Shown: in pieces, positions 38,701-50,700 of the stretch
How positions within the stretch are numbered: the stretch's first letter is position 1
Layout of the letters: each line of letters starts with the position of its first letter
Source of the DNA: Owenia fusiformis
Taxonomy: Eukaryota
Direction: 5' to 3'
Length of the DNA stretch: 64,000 bases
Assembly (NCBI GenBank): GCA_903813345.2
Contig: CAIIXF020000001.1
Location: 44,888,001 to 44,952,000, forward strand
The notes under the pieces: generated by a model
Told to the model about the DNA's origin: nothing
Database searches by the model: none
The model's input: the letters and a program-made list of their open reading frames with translations, nothing else
Program-made: the position numbers and the translations under genes

Positions 38701-41700
38701 CATTAAGTGCTTTATCAAAAACTGTCCTGCGGTTCATGAATTGGCAAACGTTGCATGACCATGTGCCCATTTGATTCAGATGATCGTCATGTAAAGTAGC
38801 TAGGCAGTTTTTCTCGGCCAGTGTCAAAGGCTCCATGATGAGCCATATATTATCTAATAAGTCGTGTATTTGTTGAAATGTTAAACACAGACTCCAGTTT
38901 ACTTCGTAAATCTCCTTCTCTTCATTGAACCTATTTGACACGATTTCTAACGTTTTGTAGTTGCTGGAAATCGTAAATTCATATCCTCTGCCTAAGTGTT
39001 GCCAGTGGTCTAAACCATATGTATATAGGGCTTGTTGTTCATATTTTGAAGAATTTCTGTTGTCCTTTGAAAATATACAACAGTTCTCTTGACAGCATTC
39101 TATGAAATAGTCAAATTCCTGTCTTGTTATCCTTCCAGCACATGGATCGGATGATTGCGGTTCAAATGGTACTTGTAGTGATCCATCATGTTTCGACTGT
39201 ACATCAAGCACATCGTACGTTTTCATAAATACATGGTCAACTGTTGGGAAGAGAATTGTTTGTTGACGATGCGGTCCTACGGCTAACTTTAACATTCTTG
39301 GAAGGCCAGTTTCTAATGGTTTTACTATGGTCCCCCCGACTTTACTGACATCTTGAGGTTTCAAATGAAAAATTTCCATAATCTTTTTAAAATATCTCCT
39401 GTAGTTAAGCCTGTTCTTTAAAGGTGTAAATATAGTATCCTTACAAACGTCCAGTATATGAATATCTTATCAGGTGATCGTGAAATAATAGATTTGTTGT
39501 TTAAGTAAATACTACAATGTAAACTTTGTATTTGTACTGATGAGTATTATATAAGCCTTATAAAATTGCTCAGCAACGGGTTATCACTAATTAATCATTA
39601 ACGGGCTGGAGTCACGTGACATCATTTTACCAATCAGATTGCAGCGGGAAATTTAACCAATCAGACCATGCGTAACTATGTCATGGTTGCTATGTCACTA
39701 TATCATACTATGTCACTATGTCATTGTTATATAAATGTTCACTCTTCACTACTCGCATTTATTCATTTGACCTCTAAGTGCTATTTGATGATGTTCAGAC
39801 CCAGTTCTACGTCTCAAATCTTAAGTAACATCATTATTTGATACGGTTTCATGAAATTGGAAAAAGCTTAAAACTTTGTCAACTTCTAAATCTCCGATCC
39901 TAGTTAATCAACAGAGATTTATTGCTACTTGAGCGAACATATATTCAAACAGCAATAAGTTGCGATATCAACAAAGAAAAACAAGCATAAAACGCAGATC
40001 TCGAAGGAGATACAGTTCTATAACAAACCATGTGCGACATGATAAACTGAAAAATAGTAAAAACACAATCATAATGTATACTTTGAATCGAAGTCAATTA
40101 CTAGAATAGCTCGAGTATCAGATGCATATCAAATCTCCTGGATAGACATGTATAGTGAAGCGTTTAATAGTGTCTCTCGACAATTGGATGAAACCGGCGC
40201 TGATGTAGAAAGAAACAAGGTTTAATTAAAGGGCATCACTGTGTGATGGGTCATTAAATCTGTCTATTGACACCATCCATAACACTGAAGTACAAACGTG
40301 TCGCAACTACCGCAGTACATGTTTCCTTTAACATGACTATAATCACTTGTTACATGATTTGGTCTTACAAATTACTCTCAGAGGGACTCATAATCCATGG
40401 TTGCGACTGGGCATATATGAATATGATTGACCACCTCTGATCAGCAATTAGTTGATGTCATTCCTACTTGAGTGATTAATATTGCTCAAAATGTAGTCTA
40501 CGGTACAACGCGCGGTAACGGTAATGTACAACATAAGGCATTTGAATAATTTGCGTTATACCGTATCTCAGGTTTTACCTGCTCGTTACCAAATACTACA
40601 TTCGATTTTTGTGTGGGTTTATCTATGAAATTCACCGTCTATTGTTACAGACATTTACATACAAAAATATTTAGAAACTAGGGTTTCATGAGTAATATTT
40701 TATAGGAGGTGCCTGCAACATTGAATTGAGCAATTTACTACTACAAAATCTTGATTTATTCCAATACATTAAAACGCGTAACATCGTTAATATGTATATG
40801 CAGGTTGGTTTGGGTCCTTATCGTTCTGGCTGCGATATGTGGATTTAGCTACGTAGTTGTGGTGCGCTGTACCGTCTATTACAGCTGGGAGAAGACTGTT
40901 AACGTAGAGGTCACCTACACAGAAAACCTTACATTCCCAAGTGTGACAATTTGCAATGAAAATGCCTTCAGGTACTAAATATTATTTTTTATGATTTCTT
41001 AATTCAATAGACTATGTTAGTAAATCATTGGGTATGTCATTTTAAAGTACAGTTTTATTGCAAACATGTTGCTAATTCTGAAAAACTTCATAGAATTTTG
41101 TTTGGAAACGTTGCATGATTTACTGTATAAGTCTATTAATTATAAACTATTGTTTACTTATCATCTTCGCCAACGTCATCATCATATCGTTTGATATTGT
41201 TTATTTTATATTGGGTTAATTTTGGTTTCCCAGCGCCGTACCTTGTACATGTTTCTGATGATTATAATATAAAACAAGGCATTTCATCCAAAATGCCAAC
41301 ACCTGTCATTTGTTACAGACGCTGAACTCCGAACACCAATCGCCACCACAAAAAGAGACTATAGCAATATGTCACCACTTATGGGTGACATAAATAGCCA
41401 ACTCGAGACTATGTTATAATTAGACATTTTATCCCAATATTGACTCAAACGTCATGTGCCAAAATCTCGTAGAGACCAAACCATTTTTGTGACATTCATT
41501 ATAAAATCTTCATTTTAAAGGTTACATTGTTTGAATACCCAACGACGTTTGTCAAGCCTTTTTTGGGTAATGAGTTAATCAGTGTTTTGATATAAAACTC
41601 TGCATCAAATAGCTTTATGATATCATACATTACAGCCAAAGAAACACTACATTTACATGTTTCTGAATAAAAGTGTTTAAATTTTTATAGAGTTTCAGTA

Positions 41701-44700
41701 GCTGCAAAAATAAATAAAGTAGAGCTTGTTAGAAAACATTTCGGCAATGAGAAACAAAAAGAAAAGGATTCAACAAATGACAACAGTAAGTATTGGCTTA
41801 GTAAACCATTGATGTAAACGTGACATTTCTATGAACAGGCTAAATTGCAATCAAAATTATCGTGCTATATTTGATGAGAACTCTGCAGTAGCTTGTGACA
41901 TTTTCTTCAACGCAAGGCGTCTTACTTGAATACTTGGTTGGGTGATATGAGGTGGGGACAAGAGGCCCCGGGAGCTAAATGTAAGATTACTTGCTTGTAA
42001 TGCGTAATTGCGTATGATATGAAACGTTACAATTTTCAGCTACCACATTGGTCAATGTCACAACTTCAGCACCAGTGACTACAACTCCTGTTGGAGAGAA
42101 GGAACATCATCCCACATCAAAAAACATAACAAGTAACTGACGCCTATTTTAGAATTAATGTTGTATTGAACTGAACTTTTGGAGAAGAATTAGATATATT
42201 ATTGTGTTAAAATCTCGGAAGAATGATTTAACGAAATCCTTTCTGGTATAAAGATACCAAATATTGTGTTGTACAATTACACATTTTCCAGGTAACGCTA
42301 CTGTATACCTCAATATGGACAGCCTTAAAAGTAAAACAGAGATAGTTGGCAAGGGAATAATTGGTTTTGCTTTGAGAGATCCCGAAATTGTGGATGGCAT
42401 AGTAAACAAGGCACTCTATTTGAATGGACTTGACCAGCATGTAGAGTTTAATAACCAAGCGGTTGACAGCGTATGCCTCAAAGAATTGGATGATTGTAAG
42501 CTTGGATTAACTTTATCACTTTGGATCAAACTTGGCTTCAAAGAAGCCTCTGGTTCTCAAATTTTACATTATATATCTACTGGAGGTCACAAAATTGGAA
42601 ATACAGGTATTGCAATGTACCAACGATATGATAGGCTTGTTGTTTATATACGCACACATAAGAAGGAATGGCATGTTACCACCAGCGTCGAAAAGAACGT
42701 CTGGAACATGGTAGCATTTACATGGTCTAAAGAGCAAGATTTAACGATGTATATAAACGGTTCAAAAGCTGACCATGGCCAGTATTACCCTCTTAAAGCA
42801 GTTGAGATCGATGAAGATGCTATGGAGGATGGATTGACGTTAGGTGGACCAAATGACCTTCTCCTGAAAAATGAAATGTTTAGTACAGATTTGGGCGAGG
42901 CATACATGGATGATTTATACATATGGGATACGTACATGAATGGGAGTGATATAGTCAAAGTGTTTGATGGGTACAAGGGTAAGTAAGGTTTCAAATAAAT
43001 ATTAACACATCAAAAATTAATTAACTCAAGTTCATTTACTTCAGAGACTTATATAATTTATTTTCAACCTTTCACTGATTATCCTACTAGCTTTATCAAG
43101 AATATTAAAAACATCGAAAATAAATTATATTAGTCTCTGAAGTAAATGGACTTGACTTAATTAATGCATTACCGGAGACATGAATTTACACAGAAACATC
43201 AAAAATTATTTTATGAAATGCATTATGTCGTTTCTTTATAAAACATAAGAGTGAATCAATTAAAACCAGGACCCACACTTTACTTCAGGTTTTTTGAAAG
43301 AAGATGATGCCAAACCTGAGAATCCAACAGAACCTGAGGAGAGCCAACCCGAGCCAACTGTATTTTACCATATGTCTATGGATTATATATGGGGAGGTTC
43401 CATTCTTGGTAGAGGAATAGAGGCATCAATGGACTTTGACCCCTGGATTCCACCTCCGATTGTAGAGACAGTTATTGAGAATAAAACAGACATAGAGATA
43501 TTTGTCGAACAATGTTTCAATGGAACTGAGCTTAATGTAACAATACAGGTTTTGGGGCATGACGAGAATCAAACTAAATATGTAGATAATGTGATATCTT
43601 GTATTGATGGATCAATTTATCTTGTGAGACACAGGAACAAATCGCGTATAGAATGTATCTTAATTAACCAAACCGTAACGACCACAAGTCACATTCCAGT
43701 TACCCCTACTGAAGGGAATGACACCACGATGACAACATCTACTCCATTAAATACTACATCGGAGTATATAGCAAACACAACAGATTTGAACGATATGTCA
43801 AACCTCACGGTATCTACTAACGATACGAGGAACCTAACGAGATTCATGGAAGATATTGAAAATACTCCAGGATTTATGAATAATATGACTAACACAAGTA
43901 CTGCAATCGTCAGCAATATGACAGATAATTACACAGATTATTTGATGAACACCACGTCTTTTATCAACTCCTCCATTCCAAATGGTAACATTTCATCCAT
44001 CAATTCAACTCATAATGAAAGTGACGTCTATGTACCTCTCACTGAAGAGGTTGAAGTATGCAATAATGTGACAATTGAGGAGGAATATCATGTCGAAGTT
44101 GAATGTGGCGGCAATAGCAGCGAGCTTCTTTGTCCCCGCCCAGTTGTCATAGAGATCGTAGACCCATGCGAAGATTTTGACATTGAGAGTTCATATGACC
44201 CTGGATATGACGGTGTTCTCGGCAAAAGCTTTTATATGAGCAATTTCAGTCAGCGATTAGACTTTGGTTTCAAAAAGGATCGTTGTTTTGGCAACATACA
44301 GATGTGTAATAATGGATTTAGCTATAGGTTTTGGCTGAGGGACGATACCCACCCTTGCAATACTCCAAGGATATTATATACGTCGCATTATTCACTAAAT
44401 GATGACAGCAATGTCCCCCCGCAGGGAGTTTTTGTATTTCTTGATCTCAATGAAGTATCGGTGCATGTCATTCAGGATTGGAGATACTGGAACACTAGCA
44501 TAGGGCTTAACCCAGATTCATGGAACCATTTATTCATCACATGGTCTTCAGAACTTGGATTGAACGTGTCAGTAAATATTACGGGCAAATCGGGCAATCA
44601 ACACGTCAGCAATATATGCCCTGGTGTCTTGGAATCTTTTCCAGTTAACATTACCAACATAACTGAAGGAGTACGCTTCTATGGACCAACAGCTATTGAC

Positions 44701-47700
44701 GAATTCATGTTTTGGGACACCATTGTCAACAAGAAGAGATATGCGGGCACAGGTATGCGACTTTTATTGTTACCCTTTTCGTCAGTTTCATTTAAATATA
44801 TTCTACGATACTTTTAAAATGCATGTACGTTTATCTCTTTTAGCGACGGTGCAGTATTTTCTTCCAATGGATGACCAGGTAGAAGATCAAATATATGGTA
44901 TTGGGCTGAACGCCACGGTATACAAGGGCGCTCAAACTGCACCAGGAAAGTTGCAAAATAGCCTCTACTTAAATGGTATAAACCAGTGGGCCAGCCTTGG
45001 TAACACCAGTGGAGAGTGTTTGGGTTCACTTGATCTTTGTGAAGATGGATTCACACTAGCATTTTGGATTAAGAAAGGCTACAAACACCCAATCGAAAAA
45101 TATTCGATGTTTTATTTAAGCAGCGGAGCTCAGTCACCTCGAGCTCAAGGCATAACTGTATTTCAACAGTCTGACAAATTGAACGTTCACCTAAAAACAA
45201 AAAGCCGTCTATATGAGGCCTCAATTGATGCACTCAAGGACGACGAATGGAGCCACATCACTATCACATGGATATTAAGTCACGGCCTCCGCCTGTATCA
45301 CAATGGAGATCTAAAACACGAGGATCGAACATGGAAACTACTGAGACCAAGCAATTATACAAAAGATGTTGATTTTGTGATTGGAAGACCAAATGATGAG
45401 CATAAACACTTCGGAGATGCATTTATTGATGATCTGAATTTTTGGAACATACAACAAGATGAAACTTTCATCAAGGATTTAACGAAATCAAAAGGTAAGA
45501 ATTGTTGCACTTTGTAAGTAAGTAATACCATCATAGATCTTTCCTATATTCAAATAAGTCGTGTCCAGTTTGAGAAAACATCAATGAAACCGTCCTAGGC
45601 CTGGATCTTTAAATCTCTGTTTTATAGATATCAAACACATCTACGTATCGATGGATAGAGTTGAGGATGGAATGTTGGTAGGTGTGGGTATGGAAGGAAA
45701 GATAGTAGAAAAAAAGAAAAACACCATGGCCACAGCCACAGTTAAGGGTATATTAGGTATGGCTATAGAGTTCAAAGGCGGAAGGGGGTACGTGGACTTT
45801 GGTTCGATGCAAGGTGAATGCATTAACAATGCATCTTGTTGCAGTGACGGTTACACACTCGCACTGTGGTTGAATGTAACCATCGACGACAACAGAGCTA
45901 ATATTGCACTTCTTGGCTCCAACCCACTAAAGATGACTTTTGAAGGTAGAAACTTAAAAGTATCAATCATCACACCAAAGAAGAGGTGGTATGCGTCATT
46001 TAAGCTATCAAATAAGGTCTGGACTCACGTTGTAGTGACATGGGAGGACGCAGATGGTCTCACACTTTACGTCAATGGGTCAGCAAGAGACCCAGTGCGT
46101 CGCTGGAAACATGAAGCGGCATCGCCGAATAATCAATTCCATTTTGGACCTCCAGTGGGTAATGGGAGTGAGAAAGATATTATCCAAGTCGATGAAATGC
46201 TTATGTGGAATGTGAGAAAGACTGACGCTGAAATAACAGCATTATTTGAGACATACACGGGTAGGGCATAAATCAAATCTTATAAACTGCACGAATTAAT
46301 ATATTTGTGATATACTACTGTACCTATGTATTGCAGAGAATTTACTTGTACATGGGGACAAATCAAGGATTTAAGCCTTGTACTCGGTGCATTGTGTGCT
46401 GAACCATTCAACGAAGATGTTGTTTCCAAATCTTTGCATGACCCCGCAGAGGGAATGCAAAGTTTAGGGAACAACATCTGAGTGGAATGAAGCAGCCACA
46501 ATGCATGAGTCTTGGGCTTAAATTCTTTTCACACATTGCAAAATATTTTCTATAAGATCACCTAAAAGATACAAAATCACTAAAAGAACACATTTTCAAT
46601 GAAACCTTTTGCAAGGGTCAAATGTTGGAAAACTCAATTTCAATCTCAATAGCTTAGCAACTGTAGACAACAAATTCGTTATTGATATTTCACACACTGT
46701 TCATTATGTGAATACTCTGTTCGGATTGCCTAGCCATGTGTGAATCACATTTCATTTATCTCTTAAAGTTCATAACAACATCAACATTCCGAGTTGCTCA
46801 TTGGATGATTCATCAACGCAGACAACGCCTCGGTTACCTCCAACTACGACCACAACTACACAAGCTACAACTCCAGCCGAGACAACACGTCCTGCAATGT
46901 CCGGGACTACGCATACAGAGCCTTCTACAGATGAGCGTATAACAGGAGGATCTACAGTAGCTACTATTAACGTAACATACCCTGCACTGGTAGAAGATAC
47001 TACTGGGGTGAATGAATCTCACCATATTCAAAGACGAGGTATATTATTTAAGCTGGAACACCATCAGCTCTCCTTTTACTTTAACGTACTTACAAAGTAT
47101 TAACATGGTTGATATTCCTGTTTTTATATTTTTGTTTTCCCGATTTACAGCTACTGACGGCTAGTTGGTTTTTAAATAAAGCATCGATTCCAATATCTAT
47201 TTCCTCACTTTTGCTTTTAACACAAGAGCAATGGATTGGGAATTTTGTACATATGCTTGACGAAAAATATCGTCCAAGTAACAAAAATGGAAACTAAATA
47301 TGTGAATTTTGTTTTATTTTTTGAAAATCAATCTATCCACCAGTATATTATTATACTGTAATATTTTTTACAGCTTGAAGCCAAATTATAGCTTCTAAAT
47401 CGGAAGAATGGTGCGTCGAAGTAACTAGATGCGGTGGCCATGATTATATTTTATGGAAAACGTATCTGTTTGTGCGAAGCCTAAACTATTTCAAGTGAAA
47501 CAAATTATCTGATATTTTCTTGATTTTCAATATCTGATGTACTATCTAGTATACTCTCAATGATCTATGCTTAACCTTGAAAGCCCATGGCTTAACTATT
47601 AGAAATTAAATATGATATGAGTCATAATATTGTAGCATCTGGCGAAGATGATGTAATTGCGACTGATTATGTCACCGATGAATTGGACAACGAAGCGGGC

Positions 47701-50700
47701 GATGAGTTACATGAGAATGACGAACAGAAAGAGGAACTGTCATTGAATGAATTTCTAACGACAACAGCACACAATAAGGGGGACCTTATATATAGGCAAG
47801 ATAATACGTTCCTCAAATGTTATTTGGACATGTTGATTTGTATTGTCGACACAGAGTTTGATTATTTCCCGTTCTCTTTCTTTGTCTAACATCCTTCTTT
47901 TGGAACAGTTGCAGGTGGAAGGGAACTGAATGTTCTGCGTCTGATTTTGATGTTACATTGACTGACTTTGGAGTCTGCTATACTTTCAACCTGGAAGCAA
48001 GAAGCGAATTTGCAGTCAACGAATCAGGTATACTACATTTTCATATTTCCTTAAGCCATAATTATTGTTATTGTCTAAATATTGAATATGAAATACGATA
48101 AACAAATCCGCATACCTATAGCATTACTATTTCAAAGAGATAACTCAACATGGTTCTTGTTATTATATTGTAACTTTTTTTTAAAATGTTCAATATCATG
48201 AATGTGATGATATTTTAATTTATTGGTTAAGCTAATACCAGCCTTGTAGCCGATGAAACAGCAACCAAAGTATATCAACCAGGTGAAAAGCACGGTGGTG
48301 GAGATTGCATTCGATAATATAAATTTGAAGATTTTACAATAGAAATGGGCTCACTGTTTTCTTGTTTGACAAACGTCATGCATTTGAATACTTATGTATC
48401 TAAATGTATTCAAACACTTTTTGACAACCCGAATATACAGAATTGACCAAAATGGCTGACAGCATTAGAAAAAGATTTCACTTGATACATTACTTTAGTT
48501 TGTCTACCTACAGAATGGCCATTGAATTTTCAGCAAAATGATGTTAATACTACTCCAAAACAACTACAAAAGTTAACTTCATTTTTCTAATGTTATCACA
48601 TTTGGCCAGCCATGAAAACGCACGACTCTGCATCATCCAACCTTTGGTTTATCCAATATTGATATAAAAATACAGTGTTTTGATAATACTGTTGACAGAT
48701 GATCATTCATCTCTTGTCGCTGCATTAGAACACCCGGAAAAAATAAGACAGCCAGGTGAATGCATGTGCATTGTTGATGCTGACATCTTTATTGTTGAGA
48801 ACTAATACCACCTTGCTATACTACTTAAAACACTTTCATTATTACTTTATGGATTGGTCACTCACAATATTAACTTACTTTTATATTTCTGATTGATAAT
48901 ATTTGATTATGTTTTTTTAATATACATGTAATTATTGATTTGCAATTTTGTATTTTGACATTGCTGCATTGGAACATCTTTTTAACAATTTTGGCATGTT
49001 TTCAATATTATTGTAACATAATTGACACTGATGGTTTCTTGTTTAATAATTCTACTAATATTTCACACATTGTAGAATCATTTATTCCAAGCAATACAAG
49101 TAATAATGCCGAGGAATTTATAACAGTGCACAATCCAGGTGAACAAGTCTCGAGATCATTAATACATTACACAGTCATGAAATTGACCACTTTACTTGTT
49201 ATATCTATCTTTTATTGACTCTTTAGATGTCATGACCTGACATATTAGTCATACTACCCAGCACACTTTCTATCAGCATCTTTAAAAAGCTTAAAAGACA
49301 TGACCTTGATTATTATGGTTGCAAAAATGTCAAGTAAATTGTTTGAAATATCGTTTCTCATTGGAAATTCCATAGCACAACTAAATCTGTTTAATATATT
49401 GTAAATAGTTATACATTAATGTTCCAGCATTATTAACAACGGTGTGTGGGGCTATGGATGTGTGCTTCTACATACATGTATTTTTGGGTTTTAATATGAT
49501 GCAACATTTAACTACATGCATATTTGAATGTGATTTATTAAGCTAATCGACTTTCTAAAAACGTTGTATTTGCATGTTTTGAGATTCTAATTAAAATTCG
49601 AATAATGTCTAAAAAAGCACTGCACTTTCTGTGGTTTATAGAGATTTGCACAAGCTATAGCAGTGCATGCTATACTAATTAATTATGTTTGGACATATAT
49701 GTTTTGATTGAATCACATTATAAGTATATTTCAACGAACATTTTATAATCCTTTATTATCAATTCATTATTACGTACAATAGAATGCAATATATTCGTAC
49801 AATATGTTTACATTTCTTTAATTTTAAGATAGTTACTAATTTCTTCAAAAAGCCAGAATATGGCCATGCACAGTATAACTACACGATTAATTTGCATGAA
49901 TCTAATGATTTAAATGACCAAAAATACATGTTCGGAATTTTGCTGCATTCCTCAATTGAGTCACATGTTGTTCTCCAAACAGTAATCACTCCTTCCTGAC
50001 ATTGTCTACATCTTCCAGTTTGCATAAAGAGTGCATTCATGTGCCTAGAAAAGACTGGTGAAAATTTTCTGAATTTTTTCACTGAATTTTCTTGTTTTTT
50101 ATACATTTTATCAAAACATTCTTCTCTACATTCTTTCTAGGTACATTGGTGCACTAGTTGCTCAAAAGTGAGGGTTGCAGAAAAATTCCGAACATGCACC
50201 CTGACCTGAAGTCATTTTCTTGTTACCTAATTATCAGGATTAATTGTCACCATCAATAATAGTTTGAAATTCATCATTATTATCAACGTCACTATTCTAT
50301 TCTTATCTGTATGTTTTACGCTCGGTGAATCAAAAATCAGTCAAAACTACATTTGGAATTTTGGAGAGTGTGAAACCTATCCTCATAGCATAGTGTTTTT
50401 GTGCTTTATTAGTATCACTCTTAATTGCACAACTACGTAACATATAGGTTTTCACTCATAAAGGATTATTTTTGATCGTTGCTGACTTTTCTCATGATTA
50501 CCATTACTAAATCTTGTTATGGTCTCTTATATAACTTTGTGATATAAGTGTACTTTGTGACCTTAGATCAACAGAATGTGTACTTTTTGATACACTGCTA
50601 TTGTTTCATTTTGTGTGATATGATTTACACATCCTCCCTTAAGTACATCATTGGTCTTTTGATCTCCAATTACATCCTCAAGTATATTATCAATACGGTT

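Larger units (their letters stand above)
34744..39753. mobile_element. Fully palindromic 5010-bp non-autonomous Polinton/Maverick-like element
   Basis: Begins AGTAGTGAAGAG and ends CTCTTCACTACT. The 6-bp TSD CGCATT is at 34738-34743 and 39754-39759. The arms are reverse complements in register (coordinate sum 74497) up to 37223/37274. Confidence 0.88.

Noticed and set aside
34744..39753. Palindrome as a long-read fold-back assembly artefact
   Set aside because: Both flanks are unique, there is an exact 6-bp TSD and Polinton-type termini, the arms have mismatches, and the host gene continues in phase across it. Not fully excluded without reads.
50141..50167. Fifth candidate mini-exon (27 nt, TAG acceptor, GTGAG donor)
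   Set aside because: It contains an in-frame TAG and lacks the shared PG/TG ending. It could be a poison exon, but that is unsupported.
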